From positions 1-58,666 of the forward strand of contig NIVC01004131.1 in NCBI GenBank assembly GCA_002269645.1: 58,666 nt of DNA, read 5' to 3'. The notes below the pieces were generated by a model that was given only the letters and a program-made list of their open reading frames with translations, ran no database searches and was not told where the DNA came from. The translations under genes were made by a program, and so were the position numbers. Below are positions 23,915 through 38,109 of this stretch, in pieces (the first letter of the stretch is position 1; each line of letters begins with the position of its first letter). This DNA is from Macrostomum lignano. Lineage: Eukaryota.

Positions 23915-24250
23915 CACCGCCACTCTCTTCCTTTCCCTCTCTTTCTACATCTCCCTCTACCTCTACCTCCACCTCTAACTCTGCCTTTCCTCTCCTCTCC
24001 CTTCCTATTCCTCTCCCTCTCCCCCTCCCACTCTCCCTCTACCTCTCCCTCTTCTTTCCCTCTCCTTCTCCCTCTTCTCCCTCTTGGACTCCCCTCTCTC
24101 TGTCCCCCTCTTGTCCTCTCCCTTTCTCCCTTTCTCCATCTTACTATCCCTCTCCGACTTTCCCTTCTCTCTCTTCTCTAAATTTCCTTCCACTGCCCCT
24201 CTCTATCTCTACGTCTCTTCTTCTCTCTCAAATCTACCCCCTCTCTCTCA
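23915..24250. repeat. Polypyrimidine low-complexity tract
   Basis: CT-rich imperfect repeats. Confidence 0.8.
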
Positions 24251-25461
24251 ATAGCGCAAGGGCAAAGTCATATTTGCTACATACTTTTCAATAACGATTA
24301 GCTCAGCAAATAATTCAGTAATTAGCTTTAACAGCTTAGTATGGCCACTTCAAACCGACACTTTGAAACTCATTCTATCCATCAGTCATATTTCACAAGC
24401 GTGTGGTTGCTCTTGCACAGTCCTCTTTGCGGCTGAAGAGCTTCCGCACCGTCCGGCCGAGCGCTTGCTTGTGTCACTTAATCGCCCCCACCCCCCAGAC
24501 CGGGATTAGTAACCACGCGCGCCCTAAGCGTCAGGCAAAGATCCCCTAAGCCTCGAGCAGCTTGTGATGATGAGAATTCCCCTCTAGAGCGCATGTAGGA
24601 TCGGCATGTTGTGAAATCTTCAGAGAAATCCTCATTATTTCCACTAAACTTCTCACCCCTCACTTGGGCATCAGGCAAGTTGAGCCGCTCATTTCTTTTG
24701 CTTTTGCTGCTGTCCTGAAGTACATGATTTACTTTGTTGGCTATGATGCTGACTGCTCAACCCCAATTGAAATTATAATACGCATTGAATAGACTTATGA
24801 AGCCTTTAAGAGGCGCCTTTCTGATTTCGTTTGTGTTCAGGAGTCAGCGCAATGGGCAGCATTGCCGTCAGCACTGGTTGTGAGACCATGTCACCGAAAA
24901 CGCCCGCAACCATACAGATATTTTTGTTATAGTATGCAATTCTAGAAAATGTAAATCCCACAGCTAACAAGCAGCACAGGCGATAGACAGGTGTTTTCTA
25001 TAGACGAATAACAATCTATTGGGTATCCATATGGGTACCCCGGCAGATTCTGGTCAGTTGGTTGATATTCAGTGCAGTTGCAGCCCAACTGTTTCCTAGC
25101 CAATGCCGGAGATGCCTTCTTGATTGGTCAAATTATGCGTTTCGAGGTTATTAGGCTTATGCTGGGGAGCAGCTTCAGGTGGAATCCCGAGGCAGGTAGG
25201 GAAGGGTTAGGTTAAAACGGACAGACGGACGTAGTTTCCGACTTAGCACCTTTTTGGCGCAGCTGCATGCAGACACCTGATTGACAACACTGGGGGAGGG
25301 GAGGGCAGCAGAGAAGTGGCTTGGATGGGGATGCGGAGTTTTTGGGAAGAAGGAGGAGTGGAGATTTGCCAAGCTGCCCCCGGATACAATGTGGAATTCC
25401 GAAATTGCCCACAGTTTGACCATGTACGAGTATAGAACTGCCTGCTTGACCTCTTTGCCTT

Positions 25462-25527
<66 letters not shown>
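25462..25527. repeat. (TC)n microsatellite
   Basis: Perfect dinucleotide run. Confidence 0.95.
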
Positions 25528-25529
<2 letters not shown>

Positions 25530-26034
25530 ATGCAGAGTAAACTTCTTGGCTAGTTACTGACTGAAAAAGAATAAATTATATTCCCCGGAGCGCTGCTGAC
25601 AATGTCGTCTCGCAACCATCGCTGACTCCTGAGCATCTCCAAAAGCGCGCCAATACTGTACACAGCCGCGCAATCATCCACACGCTCACACAGGGTGACC
25701 ATTTGATTTTCTAATCGTCATACTCAAGGATCTGGAATAAAGGGCAACCAAAGCCCCTTCCAATTAAGCCCCGAACCCAGCCCAAACCAGCCCAACCCGT
25801 CAGAAAACTTCAGCAGGCAGTCGAATACCAATTCGAAGATTGATGATGATGCCTTCTACTGACCCCCCCCCCCAAGCTGCTTTCTGTTAAATCGATTAAG
25901 TCTGACACCAGCTTTATTAACATAAAAGCACGCATTCGCCAAAATGTCAAAAAGAATTCGGTCTGGTCAAAGATACCGGCATCACGTGATCTGGCTTCGG
26001 AATGTGTTGATTTCTGTTATCAAAGAGCCGATTT

Positions 26035-27350
26035 CTGAGTTTCTGAGTTTGGAAGGCGCCGATTTTTGAGTCAGGGAGGCGCCAATTAGTAAGTCAGGAA
26101 GGCGCCGATTTCTGAGTTTGGAAGGCGCCGATTTTTTAGTCAGGGAGGCGCCGATTTCTGAGTCAGGAAGGCGCCGATTTTTAAGTCAGGAAGGCGCCAA
26201 TTAGTAAGTCAGGGAGGCCCTGATTTCTGAGTCAGGGAGGCGCCGATTTATGTATCAGATCAGGAAAGCGCCGATTTATGTATCAGATCAGGAAAGCGCC
26301 GATTTTTTGTGTCAGGGAGGCGACGAGTTCTGCGTCAGGGAGGCGCCGATTTCCGTGTTAGGAAGGCGCCGACTTCTCAGTCAGGGAGGCGCCAATTTGT
26401 GAGTCAGGGAGGCGCCGATTTCTGAGTCAGGAAGGCGCTGATTTCTGAGTCAGGAAGGCGCCGATTTCTGTGTCAGGAAGGCGGTGATTTCTGTGTCAGG
26501 AAGGCGCCGATTTTTGAGTCAGGGAGGCGCCAATTAGTAAGTCAGGAAGGCGCCGATTTCTGAGTCAGGGAGGCGCCGATTTATGTATCAGATCAGGAAA
26601 GCGCCGATTTTTTGTGTCAGGGAGGCGCCGATTTCCGTGTTAGGAAGGCGCCGACTTCTCAGTCAGGGAGGCGCCAATTCGTGAGTCAGGAAGGCGCCGA
26701 TTTCTGAGTCAGGAAGGCGCTGATTTCTGAGTCAGGAAGGCGCCGATTTCTGTGTCAGGAAGGCGCCGATTTTTGAGTCAGGGAGGCGCCAATTAGTAAG
26801 TCAGGAAGGCGCCGATTTCTGAGTCAGGGAGGCGCCGACTTCTGAGTCAGGGAGGCGCTGATTTCTGAGTCAGGAAGGCGCCGATTTCTGTGTCAGGAAG
26901 GCGCCGATTTTTGAGTCAGGGAGGCGCCAATTAGTAAGTCAGGAAGGCGCCGATTTCTGAGTCAGGGAGGCGCCGACTTCTGAGTCAGGGAGGCGCTGAT
27001 TTCTGAGTCAGGAAGGCGCCGATTTTTGAGTCAGGGAGGCGCCAATTAGTAAGTCAGGAAGGCGCCGATTTCTGAGTCAGGGAGGTGCCGATTTCTGAGT
27101 CAGGAAGGCGCCGATTTCTGTGTCAGGAAGGCGCCGATTTTTGAGTCAGGGAGGCGCCAATTAGTAAGTCAGGAAGGCGCCGATTTCTGAGTCAGGAAGG
27201 CGCCGATTTCTGAGTCAGGGAGGCGCCGATTTTCGTATCAGGGAGGCGCCGATTTCTGAGTCAGGGAGGCGCTGATTTCTGAGTCAGGGAGGCGCTGATT
27301 TCTGAGTCAGGAAGGCGCCGATTTTTGAGTCAGGAAGGCGCCGAGTTACG
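26035..27350. repeat. 23-bp minisatellite (GGAAGGCGCCGATTTCTGAGTCA)n
   Basis: Tandem period of about 23 bp with recurring variant blocks. Confidence 0.95.
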
Positions 27351-28923
27351 CATGATAAGCACGGCTGTCCCCATGGAAAAGTACACAAGGCTGATACAGC
27401 GTGCAACAGGCGAAGCAAACGCATTGAACTGCAGCTTAAAACAGTTCAAAGATCTCGCCAGACGCACTGACGGTATTGACCAACAGTCCAGCCCGAACTA
27501 GTGTGCTGCAAGGGCATTAATAATACATTGGTTGCACAGTTGGGGCACCGCTCAGCACTCTGCTCGTATCTGCATGCATTGGTCGCTCTTTATCTGTGTT
27601 AAAATGTAAAAAAAAACACAAATTTCTTCGCACACGCAAAAGAGTTGAGACAGCCGATTATTAATTTATCAGCCGAAGGCGAGGCGGATACAGCTGAAGG
27701 CGGAGGCGCCAGCATCCTGTGTCGGAATGGGAAGACAAAAATATTTCTTAAGAAGAAAAAATGACGTCTTCAAGAGAGACGACAGTTTTTTTGGAGGAAG
27801 AGGGGATGACGCTGAGATTGAGGGACTCGATTAGGAGCAGGGCGGGGCCTAAATTTTGCCCCTGAGCCAAGTTGTGCGCCAGAGAGAGTTAAGAGGGAAA
27901 AGAGGGGTTGAGCGAACGGGTGATTAATAATCAATGCATTGAAAACTCGTTAAGGCAGGGCGAGGGGGTTGCGGACAAGAAGGGGCCTCGGTTGAGCAAG
28001 GAATAAACTTCAACTCTCTCTGTGAACAGAGGGAGGGACTCGGGAGTAACTTCAAGCGAGACTGCACACCCAGGGTGTTTATTCTGCAATAGACCAAATC
28101 TATGCAGCTTATGTTAACGGTTTAGGTAATTGAGGTCGGCTGGCTCAGATAGAAACAGGAAATGAAACTGAAACGAAAACTATTTAAAAGATAAAACGCC
28201 CTAATACGATGCCCCTAGCAACTTCTTGAACTAAACAAGAGAAAAATAGAAAATTCTCGTCACCAAATTGAGGATAACACTCTACAGCTCAAGTCCAGGG
28301 TAATAGTGACTGATTTCCTGAGCCTGCTCAAAGAGCCCGCTCAAAATGGCTACATACAGTACCGGCCGAGCGGGCTGAGGAGACACGACAGAATCGATCG
28401 CATCTCCGATTGTTGAATCGCTACAATTTCTCCTCTGGGCCTTCCAATTTAGCCATCAAAGAAGACAGGCCTGCTTAAGCTGCAACCGCTGCTGGTTGCG
28501 TAATTCGCCCCACAGAGCAGCTCCCGATGGGATGAGGGGGGAGGGGGGCGGCTAAATGAGAATTCTGTGAGGTCGCATTCGCCACCACAGAGTTGGGATT
28601 CGGGCCTCAAAGGAGCGAAGGCTGAGGACCTGATGGAGCAGATGCTCAGCCTCAGCCTCCCTCCCGCCGGCTTCTCAGGGCCTGTTGCACTCCGACACCC
28701 AAACTGCGCTTTGGAGAGTCCCTCGGGGACCCGAATCTCCCACAGGCACCCCATTCTGCCTTCCTCCCGCAGAGCAAACTTGATAAATTGAGGCGGGAAG
28801 ACACACTGAGCCGAGTGCGCTCTGGGCATTGGAATGAGTTGCTGGGAGAATCAGAAAAACCAATTTGGGGATCAATTGCTACCATACTGGACCTTTCTGA
28901 GTGCAGCTAATGACTGAAAGTGA

Positions 28924-29343
<420 letters not shown>

Positions 29344-29678
29344 TTCATCTTCAGGGCAAACACAGCTGTGTGGACAGTAGCACCCAAGTTTCATCATCTG
29401 AGAGCTGCAGAGCTGCTTGAGGGTGCGAGAAATAACAAGAGTTTGCAATTTGTCCCGATATTTATTATCTCGCAGCAGAAGTGAGCAGCTGCTTTTACCT
29501 TTGTAATCTTTTCTAGCTGGGAATGGTGAGGTAACAATTTCCAGCACACGCATTGTTGAGAAATTGTTCACAGCAATAATTGCGCCGTTGTCATCAAAAG
29601 ATTGATGGATTATGCAGGCTGAATTCTTTGTTAGATATTTTCTGATCAAATTTTATTTAATCTTCCTTAACACTCCAG

Positions 29679-29874
29679 CCGCCCTGGCGATGGCAGCCCA
29701 GTGCACCTCGCTTGAGTCCGACTTTGACCAATCCTTGGCCAGCTGCTTCGGCCTGCTGGGCAGCGGCATCCCCAGGGACACCATTGCCAGCACGGTGGAG
29801 TCCAAGACTGACGGGCTGGTGGCTGAGATGGAGCTCAGCCTCCACTCGGCTGACCAGATGACCAAATTATGCAG
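29679..29874 (+). CDS. Exon 2 of Cys-rich GPI-anchored protein
   Basis: CTCCAG acceptor, GTATGG donor, phase 1 to 2; (S)ALAMAAQCTSLESDFDQSLASCFG...DQMTKLC. Confidence 0.75.
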
Positions 29875-29882
29875 GTATGGCC

Positions 29883-30822
<940 letters not shown>

Positions 30823-31963
30823 CGCAGCAAGCGGCTACCCGTTGGTCGCGTCAGTTTCGGCGACAAACTTTTTTGATGACCTGTCAGCCTCCGGACTCTG
30901 GGGAATTCTTTGACGCATTCGGACAGTCGGGCAGGCAGGCAGTGAGCTCTGCGGTGCCCGCTCTGCCCATCTCCAGGGTCCGTGACCTGCCTGACTGATC
31001 ACCGCAGCTTATGCTAATGAGTTTTTAAAGCACCGACTCTACTATTATACTGTCCACCAGCCACTGGCCACCCCAGCCACTCGCCAAAATCTCCAACTGA
31101 AGTGGGGCAAGCAGTTTTTCTCCAGATTATCTATCCCGAAACTCACTTATTTCCTTCTATAATCTTTGCAACCCTTGAGGTAAACGTACTTCTTTCCTTC
31201 CTGCTGCAGATTGGGAGCGTATTACCTATATCAATTTCCATCTCTCAGCTTCTGTAAGTTTGCTATTTATAGAAATAATTGCATAGGGGTGACACTAGTT
31301 TAAGTGTCACTCCGGAGGTAAGGTTTGCTGTATCTATAATAAATAGAACTCACAAGAAGCCTATTTAGCTGAGCACTAACCGCGGCCGATACTGCTTAAC
31401 TTAGGCATCCACTGAATGAGCTAATAAGGTGCTGATGGATCTTACCCAAACCCTTCTCTGCAGCACAGGCAGAGAACTGTCAGCTACTTGGCAGATGGTC
31501 CTCTCAGCCAATTTCTAATACGCATCCCAGCTCCATCATTGGTAGCTCGCTCCGAGAACAGATGCCCCAGTGCCCAGAGGGCAATTTGCATGTTGACTCA
31601 GGACTGCAATGGGTCTTGATGATGGCGAGAGTGGGAGAGAAAGGGAATGATGGAGCTGAGAGCAGGACGAAGTTCTGGGCAGGCTTCTCCGCAGAATATT
31701 GTTCATTGCCCTCCCAGCGGGGGGCCTCATTCAAAGCCAATTAGGCCCCATCTTCTCTGTCTGTGTGTGTCTGTCTGCCAGACTGGCAGGCCCAGCGCAT
31801 TAATTCTCAGGCCATGGTTGCGTCATCGGCATTAAAGTAGCATCCTTGAGCCACTGCTTACAGCCTGCAGCGTGATCAACTGGGGAAATTCGGCTAAAGA
31901 GGGAGGAAGGTTGATCGATTTCTGTCTTTTGTTGAGTCTCAATGCCTCCCCCCCGAACTGCAG

Positions 31964-32109
31964 CAAGCTGACTGCATTCAAGGACTGCCAGGATGGCATT
32001 CTGAACAACAGCTCCCAGCACTGGTCCGGCTGTCCTTGGTGGGCGCAGAAGGTGAATAACTATGTCTACAAGCTCAGCGGCTATCACGATATTGTCTGCA
32101 AGAATGATG
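31964..32109 (+). CDS. Exon 3 of Cys-rich GPI-anchored protein
   Basis: CTGCAG acceptor, GTGAGC donor, phase 2 to 1; (S)KLTAFKDCQDGIL...GCPWW...IVCKND. Confidence 0.75.
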
Positions 32110-32159
32110 GTGAGCTTGTGAAGCTGAGCTGCAAATGTGGGAACTGGGAGCGGAATTGA

Positions 32160-32675
32160 GGAAAGGAGAGAAGGAGAGAGGAGAGGGGAGGGGGTTAGAG
32201 GGAGAGAGGAAAATGAGAGGAAGATAGGGAAAGAGGGGAGAGAGTGAGAGGAAAAGGAGGGAGAGGGATAGAAGGGAGAGATGGAGACGGAGAGAGAGAA
32301 TGGATAGGGAGAGAAGGCAGAGAAGGATAGAGAGGGAGAGAGAGGGAGAGAGGGGGAGAAGGGAGAGGGAGAGAAGGGAAAGGGATAGAGAGGGAGAGAG
32401 GGGGAGAAGGGAGAGGGAGAGAAGGGAAAGGGATAGAGAGGGAGAGAAAGGGAGAGAGGGAGAGAAGGGAGAGGGATAGAGAGGGAGAGAAGGGAGAGGG
32501 AGAGAAGGGAAAGGGATAGAGAGGGAGAGAAAGGGAGAGAGGGAGAGAAGGGAGAGGGATAGAGAGGGAGAGAAGGGAGAGGGAGAGAAGGGAAAGGGAT
32601 AGAGAGGGAGAGAAGGGAGAGGGATAGAGAGGGAGAGAGAGGGAGAGAGGGAGAGAAGGGAGAGGGATAGAGAGT
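32160..32675. repeat. AG-rich polypurine low-complexity repeat, intronic
   Basis: GGGAGAGAAGGGA-type imperfect repeats. Confidence 0.9.
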
Positions 32676-32889
32676 GGCCACGGTCTAAACATTCACTATT
32701 TCCAATGAGAGAAAAGTGGAGAGTATTTCAGTGGTAGCAGTATCAATGCCTACAATTTATGGTGCTGTGAATAGAAGGATTGAAGGAATTTACAGACGAA
32801 CTTGACGCAGTGAAGTACACTCTAAGTATAAGTGATACCGCAGTCTCAGGCCAAAGCGACCTGACAAAAAGGGCACCCCACGCACTCAG

Positions 32890-33150
32890 AGTACAAGAAG
32901 AACTGGTTCTGCGCCGGCCAGATGTTGTCCAGCTACCTTGCCGAGCGGTGCAACAAGATGATGTCGCAGCGAAATCGCCTCGCCCAGGCCAGCAGCTGCC
33001 AGCTCAGCAACGAGTACCTGGGCTGCCTGAGCGCTCTGATCAGCAGCGGCTGCGGCACCGCAGCGGACCAGCTCTTCCGGCCTGTGGCGGCTCGAATGCT
33101 GGGCCAGCGGGACTGCCAGGGGAGATACAACTTCGCGTGGCCGGAATACG
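32890..33150 (+). CDS. Exon 4 of Cys-rich GPI-anchored protein
   Basis: CTCAG acceptor, GTAGGC donor, phase 1 to 1; (E)YKKNWFC...ERC...SSCQLSNEYLGCLSALISSGCGTAADQLF...DCQG. Confidence 0.8.
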
Positions 33151-33356
33151 GTAGGCCTGGGGATTACATGCTCTCTGCCTCTCTTCTCTACTCCCATTAT
33201 ACTTCTCTCTCTCTTCTACTCCCATTCTACTTCTCTCTCTCTCTTCTACTGCCATTCTACCTCTCTCCCTCTTCTACTCCCACTCTACTCCCCCTCTCCT
33301 GCAGTGAACCTCGCGCAGCTTGCCACACAAATTTCCACCCCATTCTACTTCGACAG

Positions 33357-33510
33357 CTTTCAAATTCGACAGCAGCTGCTCCAGCAACTTTCAAACTCAA
33401 GTCCGCACGAACGAAGACCTGTTCCGAGTTCGGACAGACTTCATGATGACTGGAGCCCTGCCCATAGTGCGCAGCGGCCGGAAGTTCAGCCTGCAGAAGG
33501 ACCTGTGCGA
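33357..33510 (+). CDS. Exon 5 of Cys-rich GPI-anchored protein
   Basis: Acceptor TTCTACTTCGACAG, GTAAGA donor, phase 1 to 2; (A)FKFDSSCSSNF...LQKDLC, paralleling exon 2. Confidence 0.7.
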
Positions 33511-33835
33511 GTAAGAGTTCTGCGCCTGAAATGATACATTTTTGTTCCGACAAATAATTCGGTTAGGCAGTTCGACAAAAAACTGGAACGAACTCGCATG
33601 GGATTTCAGTCTGCTGTGGTGTCAGTCGCACCCCAGTGCTTCCTTGATGTAATCAAATTACGCGGAACAAAAACGTTTCGATATTCGTTCGTCAGATGAA
33701 AATTTCATGAGTTTTGGCGTTAAATTTGTTGAGCCAATACCTGTCACACAGGGGATACTGGCGAACACGCCACTTTTTTGGGATTTACCTGGCATCAAAA
33801 TTGTCTCCTAGAGCTTTCGAACCTTAGCAACCCCG

Positions 33836-34262
33836 TGAGCATAGGCATCACAGCAATCCCAGTTAAACACCCCATGCGAGCATAGGCATCACAGCAATCC
33901 CAGTTAAACACCCCATGCGAGCATAGGCAACACAGCAATCCCAGTTAAACACCCCCTGTCAGCATAGGCATCACAGCAATCCCAGTTAAACACCCCATGT
34001 GACCATAGGCATCCCAGCAATCCCAGTTAAACACCCCATGTGACCATAGGCATCCCAGCAATCCCAGTTAAACACCCCATGCGAGCATAGGCAACACAGC
34101 AATCCCAGTTAAACACCCCATGTGACCATAGGCATCCCAGCAATCCCAGTTAAACACCCCATGCGAGCATAGGCAACACAGCAATCCCAGTTAAACACCC
34201 CATGTGACCATAGGCATCCCAGCAATCCCAGTTAAACACCCCCTGTCAGCATAGGCATCCCA
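33836..34262. repeat. 41-bp minisatellite (CATAGGCATCACAGCAATCCCAGTTAAACACCCCATGCGAG)n, intronic
   Basis: About 10 tandem copies. Confidence 0.95.
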
Positions 34263-34282
34263 GCAAAACTTCACCATTGCAG

Positions 34283-34416
34283 CGCTGTTCACGACTATGA
34301 GAACGGTCTGGACTCGATCAACAATGTCTGCCCTCGAGGCTACAACCTGCTCAGAGCTCTGTTCGAATGGAAGCCGCGCTTCTATCAGATGAAGTTCATC
34401 TGCTTGAACTTGAATG
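34283..34416 (+). CDS. Exon 6 of Cys-rich GPI-anchored protein
   Basis: TTGCAG acceptor, GTTGGT donor, phase 2 to 1; (D)AVHDYENGLDSINNVCP...KFICLNLN, paralleling exon 3. Confidence 0.7.
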
Positions 34417-34750
34417 GTTGGTCAATCGATGTCTCTGTCTTATTTCACGCACTATGACAGCCTAGTTGAAGGGACCGTGTGTCATGTCTTGTCGTTGATA
34501 ATTTCGTAGCTTCAAAACTAAAGTAGAGGTCAAAAGGTCAAGCTCTGTCTCGGGCAGGGAAAGCCGCGGGAATTCCATCGGCCCCCGAGTGAGAGTACGT
34601 CGAAGGGAAAATTCCGTGGGAATTCCATGGGGACACAAGTGTGTACAGAGTCTAAGACTCTGCTGCAGGAAAACCCGCGGGAATTCCGTGTCACCATAAA
34701 GGACGATAGAACCGATTTGTACAGAACAACCCCGCCGCCCCGCCAAGCAG

Positions 34751-35283
34751 ATTACACCGACTCTCACGAGTGCATGCAGACCGCGGCCCTCAGCCAGTGC
34801 GATCAGCACACAAACGAAGCCAGAGGCCTGCTATTCCACCGCTTGGAGATGCAGTGCACAGACTATTCAAGACGCAGAATCCAGGATCTTCAGGCTGCGT
34901 GGGACGCCGCGAACCGGTGCCTGGAGACGGCGATGTCGCGCCAGTGCGGCGCCAGGGCAGGCCAGCTGTTCGGCGCTTTGGTCCGCATGCGAAACACTTT
35001 GCAGCGCTTCGAGATCGACTGCCAAGGCGCTTACGTGAGCAATAATTACACCGTTGAGCAGTTCCTGATCAGGCCGGAGGCTGCGGCGCCCAGGTCGACA
35101 ATTGCTAACACCGAGTACGTTGCTGATGAAGGCGGCAGCAGCGGCTGGCAGCAGCAGCAGCAGCAGCAGACGAAGGGACAATCCAGAGACGGATCCAGCA
35201 AAGCGAATGGCCGGCGAGCCTCGCCGAAGTCGGTGGCTGTGGCCGCCATTGCCGCCGCGGTTGCGACCTTCTTGCTGGGGTGA
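34751..35283 (+). CDS. Exon 7 (terminal) of Cys-rich GPI-anchored protein
   Basis: AAGCAG acceptor, phase 1; (D)YTDSHEC...NRCLETAMSRQCGARAGQLF...DCQG parallels exon 4. Ends in a polar spacer and hydrophobic tail VAVAAIAAAVATFLLG* with no cytoplasmic segment. The seven exons total 1482 nt, giving 493 aa. Confidence 0.8.
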
Positions 35284-36045
35284 CTGACTCTTCTTGGGGA
35301 CTAACTTCTTCAACTGGGAGCAGGGCTTTAGGGGTTTCAGTTTAGTCAGTGTTTTCTTTCTTAACCCTGGCAACAAAGTCTATTTTGACAACAGGACAAT
35401 GGGCCGTATGGAGTACATGCAAAAACAGCGATAGATAAGAGTGCCATGGAAGTGCCTGACATGGAAGTCATAGTCTATGGCCACAGCCACAGCAGCAGGC
35501 CTTGGCTGTCAGACTTTGTAGCTCTGATGTTGAATGGAGAATGGAAATTCCTTACTGTGGATTTTTCCCTGGAGGTGACGATGCCAAAACGAAGCATCCG
35601 TGACCCGAGAGGGTCATGGTTACCGCCCTGATGTCCCTGCGGCTGAGTCCAAGCTGGGGCACTGCAGATGGCCTTGATGTTAATCAACTCGTGTTCTGTA
35701 ACTTGCTTCTAGACTTGCTTGCCTCTTGTCTATGGCCCAACCTGTATTTCTGGAAATTCTAACCCCCGAAGCTTCCAGTTTTTTTCTTCAAGTCGACAGT
35801 TCTCCAAAACTTTTATTCCGTTTGTTTTGACAAGAACAACTATGTAAAACTGCTCACACAGATGGTTATTTTGGTCTCACCTAGCCGTAGCAACGGCATA
35901 TAGTACTCGAAAGTAGACTGCACTTGCCTGCGGCACTGTGGGTTTTGGGAGACATGAGGAACAGATTGCTATAATGTTATTGGCGAGTAACTGAATAAGA
36001 AGCCAATAACATTAACCGTAGCACTTACGCTTGTAGGCGCCAAAA

Positions 36046-36466
36046 ATGGCATCTAGACATCAAAAATGGCATCTAGACATCAAAAATGGCATCTAGACAT
36101 CAAAAATGGCATCTAGACATCAAAAATGGCATCTAGACATCAAAAATGGCATCTAGACATCAAAAATGGCATCTAGACATAAAAAATGGCATCTAGACAT
36201 CAAAAATGGCATCTAGACATCAAAAATGGCATCTGGGCGTTAAAAATGGCATCTAGACATCAAAAATGGCATCTAGACATCAAAAATGGCATCTAGGCGT
36301 TAAAAATGGCATCTAGACATAAAAAATGGCATCTAGACATCAAAAATGGCATCTAGGCGTCAAAAATGGCATCTAGGCGCCAAAAATGGCATCTAGGCGT
36401 CAAAAATGGCATCTAAACATAAAAAATGGCATCTAGACATAAAAAATGGCATCTAGGCGTCAAAAA
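36046..36466. repeat. 20-bp minisatellite (CAAAAATGGCATCTAGACAT)n
   Basis: About 21 tandem copies. Confidence 0.96.
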
Positions 36467-36713
36467 AGCACCCCAAAGTCCGCTCTCACAGCAGACGTGT
36501 TCGCACATAAAATCCCCAGAAATGAAACCTTTCAATCTCTTTTCGCTGGCAACTGTAAAGTGTACATAATCGGATGTACACCGAAATGTTGAGACTGCGC
36601 TGATTAATTTTTTATCCCGTATAATGCCCAGTAAAATTTCAGTATCCATTTGTTTTCTCGCTTTGCCGTTTGTCTTAGTTTTATTTTGTAAAAAATATAA
36701 CCTACCGTTTGTT

Positions 36714-36758
<45 letters not shown>

Positions 36759-36959
36759 GTCTGTCTGTCTGTGTCGCTGCCCCATGAATTTCGGTTTGTT
36801 TTTTGCAATGCAGAATTTAAACAATAAATTGCGAGTTTGATGAACAGTTCATTAAACTGTTCAGACTTGGTTTTGATTGGCATGTGTGGCTGAATAGTGC
36901 GGTGCTGTACTGAACTTTATTTGGGATTCTGCCCTTTTGATACTGGATGATATATGAGA

Positions 36960-37400
36960 CTGGAAGTCACAACTCCTCATCAAGAATGTCACAATTCCCC
37001 AGCAAAGATGCCACAACTCCCCATCAAGGATGCCACAATTCCCCATCAAGATAACCTCAATTCCCCATCAAGGAAGCCCCAATTCCCCATCAAGGAAGCC
37101 TCAATTCCCCATCAAGAATGTCTCAATTCCCCATCAAGGAAGCCCCAATTCCCCATCAAGGAAGCCCCAATTCCCCATCAAGGAAACCACAATTCCCTAT
37201 CAAGGAAGCCTCAATTCCCCATCAAGGAAGCCTCAATTCCCCATCAAGGAAGCCTCAATTCCCTATCAAGGAAGCCTTAATTCCCCATCAAGAATGCCGG
37301 AATTCCCCACCAAGGATGCCGCGATTCCCCATCAAGGATGCCGCAATTCTCCATCAAGAATGCCAAAATTCCTCAGCAAGGATGCCACAATTCCACATTC
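36960..37400. repeat. 22-bp minisatellite (CCCCATCAAGGAAGCCTCAATT)n
   Basis: About 20 diverged tandem copies. Confidence 0.9.
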
Positions 37401-38109
37401 AATTCACCATGGCAATAATGCATTTGGTTTTTAGTTTCTAATCCAATGAAAAATAAGGGAAGCTGTGCCAAAAAGTAAGTTTTCCTCGGCATACTCGCTT
37501 TGTCGAAATAAAGTTTTCCCAAAAGAAGCGACCGCCCCTACCCCCTACAGTTGAATGAAGGAATTAGTCAGTGTTATCATCTACGACGCATCTGCGGCGT
37601 TGGGGGGTTGGGGAATTTATCCTAGAAGATGCGTGTTCCTCTGCCTGCCAGCCACCTGTGGCTGTGAGGCACTAGGAGGAAGGCAACCTCTGATTAAACT
37701 GTATTTAAACACGGACGAAGCCAAAAGCAATCCAAACCTAAAAGTACGATAGAATCAGGAGGCTTGTTCTCCACAAGCAGATGTCTTCAATCGAGTGCCT
37801 GGATAGTTATGTCTTGTTGCCTATCAAAGACCAATTACATCAACTACAAACCATTGGTTAGTTTAAAAGAAAGCCTGTGGAGTCAAGCACCAACGACCTG
37901 TCAATCATCAGAAGCAGCACTTGACTGCTAAATATTAAATTACTAGTATTATCAACTGAATTCTGTTTTGTTAATTAGCAAGGTTATCCTTTAATAGGAC
38001 TACTCAATCATTCTGAAATATAACAAAATCGAATTACTCACTCATCCTTTAACATTACAGAATAGAGTTAATAGAATTCTACATGTACATGACTAAATTC
38101 CTACTTGTA

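Noticed and set aside
23653-24294. 213-aa S/P/L-rich ORF
   Set aside because: Mostly a polypyrimidine tract.
25660-27370. Possible TIR pair CAGCCG(C/T)GC around the 23-bp array
   Set aside because: Short imperfect match with no target-site duplication.
30829-30990. Possible exon after the (CTGT)n run (CGCAG acceptor, SKRLPVG...)
   Set aside because: The phase-compatible frame stops at 30874-30876, and exon 2 splices cleanly to 31964. At most a cryptic or poison exon.
31211-31963. Extra exon candidates at 31211-31254, 31511 onward, 31782 onward and 31864 onward
   Set aside because: They need frameshifts or weak donors and break the duplicated-module symmetry that the 31964 acceptor satisfies.
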